A stretch of DNA of 64,000 nt from Amphiscolops sp. MND2022. Its lineage: Eukaryota. The first letter of the stretch is position 1. Each line of letters starts with the position of its first letter. The notes below the pieces were generated by a model, which saw only the letters and a list, made by a program, of their open reading frames with translations, did not search any database and had not been told where the DNA came from. The DNA is taken from contig OZ076413.1 of assembly GCA_964187785.1 (NCBI GenBank), forward strand, positions 42,906,001 to 42,970,000, given 5' to 3'. A program made the translations under genes and the position numbers. Shown piece by piece: positions 39,301-51,600 of the stretch.

Positions 39301-41109
39301 TAATGAAATGCTATCTGAAGCTCGAAAATTTGTTCCTTGAAGTTAGTATAACATAGTCAGCTTTATTCACATACCCCTAGTGCCGTAAATACAGGAGCGA
39401 AGCGGAGCGACGTACCATTACTAGTCCAGCGGCTGGTTTTGACGAAGGGCGATCTGCAATAGCGCCAAGCGCCGTGGAAGGAGGAAGGCCTAGTCATAGC
39501 ACTAGCTTCGGGCCTTAAATAAACTACTACACGTTTAACAGTGACGTTTGTCACCTTCTGGCTGCTGATAGTTTTTGAAATTGCTCCGCCTAATTCCTTT
39601 CCAATGGAGTTGAATCAAAAGTTTTTGACATTTACGTTGAGATTTCGTTGAACCAATTTGTTTTTTTTTGTCGGGGCCTTTGTAGAAAGTGCAGATTGTA
39701 ATATAATGGTATGATTAAAGTTGTGTACTCCTTTCGTGTGAGAAGTTCAGGATGACTTTTTCGGCAAAACGCAAAGCTTCTTGAAATTTCTGTTTGAGCG
39801 TATTCTTTTTCCAAAATTCTGGCATGAAAAGAGTTTCTGAATGTCGTCCTCATATCTATAACGATCGGGACAAGCTCGATGTCTGATTTTTAGTCAGCGC
39901 TTTCCTTTGAAAGAGCCGACTATATTCATTGCTTTTCGTCAATGTTTTTCAAATATTTTTGTCGATACACTTGAAGTGACCAAAATAGTTCTACCAAAAG
40001 TTCTACAAAATTTTAAGAAGACGCCAAATTATAGCTGTCGCCACAGGGAACTGAATCAAAAATGCTTCCCGCGTAACATATAATACCGGACTATAATACT
40101 TGTAGGTTCTCAGCTATGTTCTATTATTTTCCCGAAAATAATTTCTACTCCAAACACATGGAAGGTAGTTATTTTCGACAAAGATGTTGATGTAAATTAA
40201 ATTGAAATTCACCAGGGAGCTCAAAACTTGCGAGCCTTTTCTGGATGAATAAAATCTGGGAAACTATTGAATTGAAAGTATTGCGAAAGGTTTTGGAAAT
40301 TGATCAAAATTGTTAGCACGAACCAAAGTCGAAACCTATTATGTATTATACTTTTGCATATCGCAAACTTTTGTATTTTTGGTGAAATCAATAATCAACT
40401 CAAATTTTTGTTTCGATCACATTTCCAAACACTTCGTGACTTTCGATTTTTCATGCAATACAAAATTTGTCCGAAGCTTTTCGCACCACTTACATTCTGA
40501 AACATTATCACGCATTTGTTGTTTTTAAAGACCACGAACTGTCAATTTTTTCAAACATTTTTGTTGGAAAGTCCTTGGTGCAAGGCCGGATGGTCTAGTG
40601 GGGTTCAGCTTTGCCTGGGGAAGCAGAATGACTTGGGTTCGGGGCATCAATACTGTTCCGAATCTCTCTAATACTCTAGAATTTTAATTGTGGTTTCGGT
40701 TCAGTTTTAGCATTCACATAAAATATTCTTGTGATTATTTCAGGAAGAATTCGATCAGTCATTGCATGATAGCGGCGCAGCAATGGTAAGCATCATTTTA
40801 CTAGCTTATTACCAATTGATAGTCAAAAAACTCTTAATTGACCAAGCTGTTGCCTCTTGTGTGAATTTATGTATCGCCATCAAAACGAAGACCAATTTTT
40901 GATTACTGAAACATTCGAATATATTGTCACCTTTAGTTTGTTATGGTGAAATTTCGCTTTTGAATGAATGAAAATGTGAAGAGTAACAGTGAGCCATGAC
41001 GGGATTGTGATTGTTTCAGTCTAGCAGTCATGTGGGAGAGAGATCCCGTAACAAATCAGGTAGTCCCAGAGTGCAACGGAAGGTGGTAGCTGAAGCTCCT
41101 CCGTCTTAC
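36322..41109 (+). CDS. Predicted Ser-rich N-terminal exons of the USP gene (~36322-36397, 36600-36842, 37956-38166, 40744-40785, 41020-41109)
   Basis: Open, phase-compatible GT-AG exons leading into the Cys-box exon; low-complexity S/R/P-rich sequence like the USP2 N-terminus. Confidence 0.55.
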
Positions 41110-42669
41110 GTAAGTCGAATCATATAACATCTGCAACTACGAGCACAAACAGACGCCTTTCTGATGCTTCATTGTATTGACGGTTTCAGTTGCCGGAATT
41201 CATGAACAAAAAATCACAACTACATGGTTGATGAAACTACAAATCCAAATATCAATTATGAACGAGAAACCTCGTAAATTGATAATTCTAACAAATCAAT
41301 GTTTTCAGTCTTTCAATGTCAACAGAAACTCTAAATGAAGTCGTATTTAGCATGCATACATGAATTGAGCATACATTGTACATACAGTCTTGTGATTAAA
41401 GAATGGAAATCCCTATTGGTATAAATGTTTTGATTATTCCAATTTTTTGCTCATATCTCGAAATTTTTTGGAACGTTTTTAGTCGGCGCGTTTTCCTTTT
41501 AAGGAAAAATGCCCGACTATAGCAGTGACCTTTTTTTCTTCAGACTACAATCCTCACACTGATCGGTCCACTTTTTACAATTCTGCGCAGAGCACCTGAG
41601 GCCAAGTCCGCCCAAGGCAAACTTTACTCCAAAGGGTCCCCCCTTTCATTTTTTACTTTTTCAAGGAAACATACAAAACCGGACGTGCCCAAAGGGTCCC
41701 CCCTTTGGATTTTTTTCGGAACTGTGCGACTTTTTTTCGAAAATTTTTTAATGTCCCCAAAGGGTCCCCCCTTTGAGTTTTTTGATATTTTGCAACGGAA
41801 TGTTTGTTAATAAATCCAGAAGGGTCCCCCCTTTTACATTTTTCGGCACTATGCGACTTTTGAAAGAAAATTTTTTTTCAAAAATTTCAATTTTTTTCCA
41901 AAAAAAGTGTTTTACGCCTTTTGAGCCTTAGATATGGCGCCGACTTTAGACGTTCTCGTCTTGTTTGAAATTAATTCAACTTTAAATTCGTGTTCAAGTT
42001 CCTATGACGAATATTGCGGAAGTTAGCATTTGGCACCCCTCATGTTAGAAAGAATGAAAATGCTGCCTTGCAGTGTTGATAATTACATTCCAAGTTACGT
42101 TTCAACGGAATGCACTTCAGCGACTTTTGACAAGGTTGAACAACTACAGTAGCGTTCTAAAATATCGCAACCTCATAGCATAAAATGGCAAAATTCAAAA
42201 CCAAATATCTCATAAACTGTCACGAATACAAAATTTTGCCAGCTAGGAAAGTTTCTTAGAATTTTATCTAGTTTACAAAAATGTTTGTTTGAAATTTCTA
42301 CTACCGTTACCAAAAAAGTTAGAAATTGCAAATTTTAGTAAATTTTAATTGAAATTTGAGTTTTTTCGAAAATTGAGTAACTTTGAATAAATTTTTTTGG
42401 ATTTTTTTTCATTGGGAAACTTCCTAACTTTTTCGTATGTGACAGTTTTCAAGAAATTTGAATTTGAAATTTGCAATTTTAAGCATTGGAGTTGCGATAT
42501 TTCAGAACGCTTCTGTATAGGCTGTCTAGACCACATGAGTCGTCTAAATTAATCGTCATGAAATGCAAAAGCTTCGTGGATCAGAAACATTTTCGAAATA
42601 TCTGGAAAAACTTGCCATTATTCACGAGTGCCTTACCCCAGAATGCTTGCAATTGTTTTTCTATTCCAG

Positions 42670-45600
42670 GAGGAGTCATTGACGGAGGGAACTGTGGGAT
42701 TAGAAAACATGGGGAACACGGTAAGCATCTTTAAAACACTTTGAAAACCCAAAATTTTATTTAGTACTATACTAGATATTCATGTCTCGAACGGTTGCTT
42801 AATGCTTAAATATAATCCGTGAGTTAACTTTAAGCTTTCTAGATGGGAGCAAAATTAAGTTTTTGAAAACCTATATGTTTTCAAGCTTGAACCCTTTTAT
42901 GGAACCCGTTGTGAGAAAATTCCGTATACCATTTAACAACCGTGGAACCAAGTATCCCAATTTCGTCAACTGAACAGTGGAATGCCTTTTTTCAAGTTTC
43001 AATTTTTTAAAATCTTGACATTGGTTAATGCTATTATTTTGTTGTTTGAAGTGCTACTTCAACAGTGCCATTCAATGCATCAGCAACACGACTCCTCTGA
43101 GAGACGTCATCGTTGGCTCCAACTACAAAATTCAAGAAAGTTGCGACACTAAAGGCAAAATCATATCAGGTAACTACCGTTCATTATCAATCTGCTTCCA
43201 CGCATGGTAACAAAAAATAGCTGGCATACTGTTTCTATATACCAAGCGTTGATTGATATCAACCGGTAATATCTAATGAACAAGAAGGGAACGTCTGAAG
43301 TCGGCGCTATATGTAAGGCTCAAAAAGCGCAAAGATATACTCACGACTTTTTATGAAAAAATCTTAAAACCCGCTCGGAAACCGCTTCAAAAGTTAAAAT
43401 ATAGCGTGCTGGGCCACATGGGAGCGCTTTTTTGAACATCGGCCTTTTCCCTAGTAATACGCGATTTACTTTGGATATAACGTCAAAATTCGGATATAGC
43501 ACAATATCTTCGAACCTCCACTTCGTCCTTGATAAAACGCAATTTACATTGGGTATAACGTCCGAATTTGTGTATACTCCACTATTTTAGATCCTCCGCC
43601 CCCTCCTTAGTAAAACGCGATATAGTTCGGATATAACGTCAAAAATTCGGATATAGCGCAATATTTTTGAGCCTCCACGTCCTCTTTAGTGAAACGCAAT
43701 TTACTTCGGATGTAACGTCAGAATTCGGATAACGTGCACAATTTTCGATCTTTCGCCTTCTCAATAAAACGCGTCAAGAATTCGGATAGTATTGAAAAAA
43801 TCTTTTTCCCCTGGCGCGCTGATAGGGGGTACCCTTCGGATTTTTTAAAATCCATTGGTTGCAAAATATCAAAAAAATTGAAGTTGGAGCCTTTGGAGAC
43901 ATTTAAAAATTTTCGAGAAATCTCTGTGCCAAAAAAAACTAAAGGACCCTTTAGTCTAGTTCGGTTTACGTTAGAAAAGGAAAGATTTGAAGGGGGCCCC
44001 TCTGCAGTAACTTAGATGCATTTTCGCTGGTTGGTCCAGTAGTTTAGTAGTTTCTGTAAACATCACCACTACGCATACATTGTTATCTGACGAAAACTAG
44101 CCGCTGACTAAATTTTCTAAAATGCGCCGACTAAAAGTAACTACTCATCGGCGAAGTTTTTTTGACGTGCGTTCCAAGATTCAAGGCTCAATAAGTTTGT
44201 GAATGACATTGATAGTTTACTTTTCAAGATATTTGAAGACAACGTAACAGATTTGATCTCTAAAACTGAAGTCTTGCCTGCTGTAACATGTAACAGTGAA
44301 GTCAAAGAATGTTTCAGTACTGAACCTGCTTTTGAAAGACATATGGTTGACACAGAAGCCTTTCAGTTCTGTCAGACCCAGAGAGTGTCTCAAGGCTGTT
44401 GCTGACGCCAATCCCCAGTTTGAGGGGTACAGGTATGTTGACACGGAAACCTTTTTTCAAAATTTTTTTTCCAAGTTTTGTAAAAGTTTGCTATACAGTG
44501 GAAGCCGCTTATATGGGATGCATCGGGACCGGGTATTCTTGTCTACTATATCCGTTGTGTTGTCTCTTATATCAGTAGTACAATTGACCGGGCCAGGGGA
44601 CCGAAATATGGGTGCCAATTAAGCGTTGTCTCGCGTTTAAGCGTTGTCCCATTTAAGCGGCTTCCACAGTATTTCCATACCACCGGTTAATGCTATACGT
44701 AACCCATTGTTAAATGTGAATGTTAAATGTATTGGGGTACTTGTTTCAAGTACCCAAAATGTATGTGACAAGGAATTGGAAAAATATGTTTATGATGAAA
44801 TAATGCTCTGTTTTCCCGCTTTGACTTACCTCCAATTATCCAAAATTTCTCCCTTATCGCAATGGAGAATGTAGTGAAAGTTTCACTTCCCCACACCATT
44901 CACATGGAATTTTGGAAATATCGAACAAATTTTTTGATAGTTGTGAAGATTTATGAGTTGTCTGTAGAGTTGAAGGCGTTTCTTTACGGAAACTTTGGAG
45001 GTTATTGTTGAATGTAATGTTTACGTTGGAAGTTTGTTTTGAAAAAGTGTGGGCTTAAAAACATAACGTAGGAATGGTTATTGAAAGCAGCCGCATAGAA
45101 TGCGATTAGTTGTATGTTATTCCAGCAAAGTTTATAACTAGTTGAAGATGAAGATTCTTTGTTTCAGACAGCAGGATGCTCAAGAGATGCTTCTGTTTTT
45201 GTTGAATGCTCTGAGTGAGGAAACCAATCGCGTGTCAGGAGCCAAAGCTTCTGAGCGAAGGGACTCCCGTGTGCTTGCCAGACCCAAGTCAGTGTTAGTA
45301 CTTCAATTCAACCCTTAGCTTCTTCTATCTCCCCTATCTTGACAAGAAACCGAAGTCATTTTTAGGTTCCTAAGATGTAGTATCATGTTTCAATTGTTTC
45401 GGAATCCGTAAGCTTTTTGAGCGAAATATCGAAAACATCTATCCTAATCAGTGATGTCAAGATAAATTAACAGATATTTATTTTCATAAATACTGTTACC
45501 TTATACATTAAATCGGTCGAATATTACCAGAACAAGACGGGAATGTCCGAAGTCGGCTATACGTCGGGAACGTCCAAAGTCGCGAACGTCCAAACTATAT

Positions 45601-48600
45601 CTAAGGCTCAAAAAGCACAGTTTTTAAAATATGCGTAGGACGTTTTCTTGAAAAACTCTGGACTGTTTTCGAACATCCGCCTCCTCCTTACTAAAACGCA
45701 ATAAACGTCAAAAGTTCGGATATAACGTCAAAAGTTCGGATATAACGTCAAAAGTTCGGATATAGCGCTTTACTCCGGATATTTCGAGGAGGAACGTCAA
45801 AAATCGAAAGGAGGGACCTTTGGAGATAAATAAAAGTTCGGAAAAGTCGCACAGTGCCGAACAAAATTCAAAGGGGGGAGGGACCCTATAGTCCCGTCCG
45901 GTTTTGCATCTTACGTTAAAAATGGAATTAATGAAAGGGGGACCCTTTGCACTAACTTAAATGCGCTTCCGCTTGCCGATCCAGTAGTTTAGTAATTCTG
46001 TAAAAAGTGTCCACTATGCATACATTCTGTTATCTGACGAAAACAAGACGGGAACGTCTAAAGTCGGCGGTATATCTAAGGCTCAAAAAAGCGCATTTTT
46101 TAAAAAATTTGTTAAAGGGGGGGCCCTTTCGACTTTTTGAAAATCCAGTCTGTTGCAAAATATCAAAAAAGTTGAGGGGGAACCCTTTGGAGACATTTAA
46201 AAAATATAAAATTTTTTTGGAAAAATTTTCGAAAAACAAAAAATGAGATTTTTGAAACAGTCTCATAGTGTCGAAAAACTAGAAAAGCGCCGACTAAAAA
46301 GAACTTGCCATTGTATTAATTGCGCTCATTTTCTAAAATGCGCCGCCCAAAAATGTCCTATTGAAAAATGGTCATTTATACCATGTCGTTGCATGTTGAA
46401 AATTGATGTTCCCAGTGCTACCTTGAACAATGAGACGGCAGACAGGGCGTGGGAGCGATTTCTGTCCACTGAGAGTAGCTTTGTCACTGACGTCATCGCC
46501 GGCCAGCTGGAGAGTATTCTGGAATGCAAGGAGTGCTCGTTCAAGTCTGTGACGTATGAGTCTTTCTTCCAAATGTCTCTTCCCATCCCATCTGAAGAAG
46601 TAAGAATTTGCCAGTTCTTGTAGTACTGAATTCATTCTTTTTATAGAACAGTGAAACAACGTGCCAGTTTCGTCGAATCATCCATGTCTGTAGTAGTAAA
46701 AATTTGCCAGTTCTTCTAGTACTGAATTCATTCTTTTCATAGCACAGTGAAACAACACGTCGGCAATTTCGTCGCGTCGAATCATTCATGTCTGTAGTAG
46801 TAGAAAAAGGGAGGCTGTGATGACAACGCTTCCTTTTTTATACGACACGTAGGCCCTGGCAGATCATATTTTGCTTGGCTAACAATAAATTCTGAGATAC
46901 GCTGAAAGGTTTTTATAACACTTCTTTCACTTGTCGATGTGTTCAAATTTTGATGTGGCCATTTTTGACACGGTCCTTCTTAGTCGGCGCCTTTTCCCTT
47001 AAGGGACTATTGCAGTGGGTTTTTTTTCAGTTGACAATCTCACTCTGAATGGTCCACTTTTCTTACAATCTTTGTTCATTTGTTTAACTAATTTTCTGAG
47101 AAGCAGGAGATCGTGGGTTCGATTCTCGCACTAAACCACAAATTTTTTATGCTTCCGAAAGTAGATGCGAAACCAAAGGTTTTTTTCGTTTGGTTTTTTT
47201 CGTTTGGTTTTTTTTGTTTGGTTTTTTTTCGGCACTAGTAGTATACGAATTCCCGATTCGGACCAGTCAAATATATATTTTTTAAAAAAATGTTGATTAT
47301 TTTTTTAAAAAAAAATCAACGTTTTTTCACAACTAACTGTTAAAAAATAACCAAGGCAAACCATCTAAAAATTAGTCATTTTTCACAACTGAAAAATTAA
47401 CAAAATCAAAATCAATGAACAAATTTTTCCAGTGGAAAACTTTGTCATGAAGCAAAAATTCACTAACCTCTATGTTGCCGTGGATGGTAATAGAGAAAAT
47501 TTGTGAAGCAAAAATTTTTGGAATGAAAGCAGCATTCAAGTGGAAACATATGGTATTGAAATAACATCAAGTGGAACGTCACTTGTTGAATTTTTCGAGA
47601 CATATGAATTTCCCGAGACAAATGAAAAAACCGATATAAAAATCTGAAACTTGAAAAAACCGATACAAATATATCGGAAAAATTTTTAAATCTATATATA
47701 GAAATTTTTTATTCCTAATCCTAATACATGGGAAAAGTTAAATTGCTCAATATCTCAACGGGAAACAATTTTAGACGAAATTCACAGAAACAAAAGTTGT
47801 AGCTAATTAAAAGTTACACAAAAGTTGTATTTGCGGTTTTTCTCTAAAATCAACCCACTAATTACTACCTGCCCCAACAGGTGTGAAAATTGGGTTTTTC
47901 TCAATTTTCTCGAAACTGAGTCATCTTACTATACCGACTCAGGAAATCAAAGTTATAGACAAAAACGAGACAAACATTTTACAAAAAGTAAATTTTTCTG
48001 TATCTTGGACCCACTGATTAGCAGGTGAGAAAACAAGTGTAAAAATTGGGTTTTTTCCATTTTAACAAAATAGAAGTCGATGAAAAATAACTATTATAAG
48101 CAAAGCTTAGAAAAAAATTTTCAACAAAATTTTTTTCTTAAATGAATTATGCAAAGTCAGCGAAGCTGTATTTGTCATTCAAAGAATTTGTTGATAAATA
48201 TGGATTAAAAGATGAAGCAACCTCCAATATTAAAATAAAAAGTTCTTGATACGCTTTGCGCCTCCGGTAAACTAACAATCTCAGTAGGAATTTACATGAG
48301 ATGATAAGTTTACAACAGATTCTGGAATTGTAAATTTACATCCAACTAAAGGAACACATTGGGTTATGTTTACAAACCAAAACTATTTCGATTCATATGG
48401 TTGTCCACCACCACTAAATATAACAAAACAAATTAATGGTATCTATTCAGAATATCAAATCCAGAAAGACGACAGTTATTGTGCAGCTTATTGTTTGTAT
48501 GTGTTATCTCTTACACAAATTATAGGCTTCAAAAATGCAGTTTTAAATTTATATTATCAAACTTTTAAACTTAATTAAGCAAGGTTAGAAAAAAATTCAA

Positions 48601-51600
48601 CAAAATTTTTTTTCCTAAATGAAGAAAATTAATAATTACTCAGCTCAATTTAAAGTTATTCAAAAGCCAGAGAATGAAAATAATAATAATAATATTCATA
48701 AGCAAAGCTCCTTCGGTAATAATTCAAAAAAGAAATTATCAAAACGAAACCAAGAATTTATAAATGAGATATCCGCAAGTGGATTTAAACAATTTTTCTC
48801 CTAATAAATGGATCTATCAAATTTTGTAACTTATAATAAACAAGAATCTCTTTTGTTGAGTATTGCAAATTCTAATTTGGATATTGTTGAAAAAACTTTA
48901 TCCAAACCTCAGGAAACTCTAGAATTTGAAATGAATAAACAAAAAGAATCTTTTTCATTTGATATTCCATTGGAATTACCTGAAAAATGGATGATGGGAG
49001 TAACAAGTTTAGAAGTATACAACACTGTATATAACATTACTGAAAAGAATAACAAGCTTAAAATACTTCTCAGAAAAGATCAACTTGATATACTTGGACT
49101 TGACACTGAATTAGTAAAAAAGGTTGAGTATTTATATGAAACATCTGATAATGAAGGAATCTCTAATATAGAAAAAATTATTAAACTTATAGTTAATAAT
49201 TATAAGAAAAAACGAGCTATTACTAAAGAAGATTTTGATACTTTAACGGAATTAATTAATCTAGTTAATCTTGAGAATACTAAAAATAATAAGGGATCTC
49301 TCAATATAATTATTCCTGATTATTTGATTTTTATAGATCATGTTAAAATTGAGTTAACACCAGGAGTATATGAACTAACTGAAATAAATAATGCTATTAA
49401 GTTAGAAATGAAAAAAATAGTTATTCACCAGTTGATACAGAAACATATAAAAAGCTTGTTCAAACAGAAGATAAATATTTATGTAATCATATTGAATTCA
49501 ATATACAAGCCGATACAATATCAATGAAATCAATATTATCATCATCAAACCACTTTGTATTCAACTCCGAACTTAACAACCTTTTAGGATTTACAAAGAC
49601 TAGATACTCAGAAGGAACTCATATATCAGAAAAACCAGTTATGATAACAACCACAGACAAAGTTCATCTGAAATGTGATTGTGTAGATGGTTCAATTGTT
49701 AATGGTATACGAGAACAAATTTTATTTTCTTTTAATCTTAGTGCTCCTCCCGGATATAAAATAATAAAAGAACCCAATATTATTTTGTATAGAAAAATAA
49801 ACAAAACAAGGTTAGATTGTATTCAATTATCCTTAGAAGATTCCAACCATAATCCAGTTGATTTCAACGGGGAGACATTAACATTTACAATTCAAATCAT
49901 CAAGATTTAATTCTATTGAATGAGCTTTAGTAAATTTAAAAATAATTCATATTGTGTTGGTGGAAAACATTATTCCGCTACCACAAATATTCGTGGAGAT
50001 ATTACTCAAAATAAAAAAACAGGAGCACCTGTTAAATTATTAAGAGGTACTTGTTCAACTTGTAAAAGAAATAAATCACTTATAGTATCAGATCAAACAA
50101 TACAAGCAGAAGGATTGGGTGACTTTTTCCGAGGTATAGGAAAAGCCGCCAAGAGTGTCGGAAAGAAAATTTTAAATAATCCTGGAAGAGCATTAGAGCT
50201 AGCAGCAAATATTGGAACTGCAGCAGCAAGTAAAAATCCTCGAATGATAGCTGCAACTGCTCCTGATATTATAAAATTTGTTCATCAAGGAAAAGGCCTG
50301 TACTTGGGTAAAATTCATTGATTTGCAGCCTTCCTATAAATTACATATTATTTTTTATGAATAATAAATTATGTATTCAATTCATAATCGAGATGATTTA
50401 GAAAAATTAAAAAAAATTGCAAGAAACAAAATCTTCTTTGAAAGCTGAAAGATTAAAACAACTCCTAGGGAAGCAAGACTTTCACTATGATATGGAAGAA
50501 GTTTTTGAACCCGTAACAGAAAACCAGAGTAAACAACAAGAACTTTCCGAAAAGCAAATACAAGTACTACGAGACTCGACTCAAACTACAACACAAGCAA
50601 TACAAGACCAAACTAGAGCAATACAAGAATCGAGTAATACTCTTAATAAAAAATTACATAAATCAGTTAAAGAAGGAATACAAGAATATGATAAAATTAC
50701 AAATCGTAATAATCAAATTGTTACAGATCTTGTTAACTCAAACCAAGTTGATTCTAGTATCGTTAAGACAGTTTCTAATTTGCTTAATGACAACAACAAA
50801 AGTCAATTTAGTTTAGAACCCGTGGAAGGAAGTTCCAATTTATTCACAATTAACCCTACTGATCCTCAACAAGTACTAATCAAAGGTTCAACACTAACCT
50901 ACCAGAATGGTAACACGTACAATTTAAATGTTCCGGATCTTTCAAACTTCATAACTAATACACAAATAGATAAAATACCACAAAATACAAATATAATTTA
51001 TAGTTTTTTAAATGATATGAAATATAATATAAATTATGGAGATGAAAAATCAAGAAGATATTATTTAATTAAAGCTATGTTTAATACATATTATCAAGAA
51101 GGAAGTGGATTAAAGTTTATTTTCCTTCCATCTGATCCAGATGAGCTTGTAGATCAATTAAAACTACTTTATTTTGAAACAGTAGGAGGAAATGATAATC
51201 CTATGCTTAGTGAACAAATCATAGCAATTGCAGATAAACTATTACAATACCAAAGTATTACAACAAATCAACATCAAAACTTTATAAGCACATTTACTAA
51301 AAAGGATCAGTTTGTGGAAAAGATCTGGTTTTGCGGATTAGATTCATTACATATCATGTATTTTTTACCATTTTTATCTTCTAACCTATTTATTAATAAA
51401 TAGTTGTATTTTTCTTTCCATGCTTCTCTTCATAAACTTTTAAATTCATCATAAGACATATCAAAACCAGCAATGTCTCTGTATATATGTTCAACATCTT
51501 TCAATGTTTGTTGAAATAGAATTATGATATTACTATTATTGCGTATGGTGCGTTTAGGCAAATCGAAATATGACTGTGATAAATAATAAACATCTAAATC

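Larger units (their letters stand above)
35534..46295. repeat. Multiple DINE-1/HINE-like dispersed elements in USP introns (~35534-36062, 37414-37841, 38627-38990, 41479-41965, 43280-44135, 45531-46295)
   Basis: Shared ends AACAAGACGGGAACGTC..AGTCGGCG..TAAGGCTCAAAA and CGCCGACTA; internal AACGTCAAAAGTTCGGATAT minisatellites. Confidence 0.7.

Noticed and set aside
46690..46803. AGTAGT motifs upstream of the Polinton as alternative termini
   Set aside because: No matching TIR or TSD; they belong to a local tandem duplication
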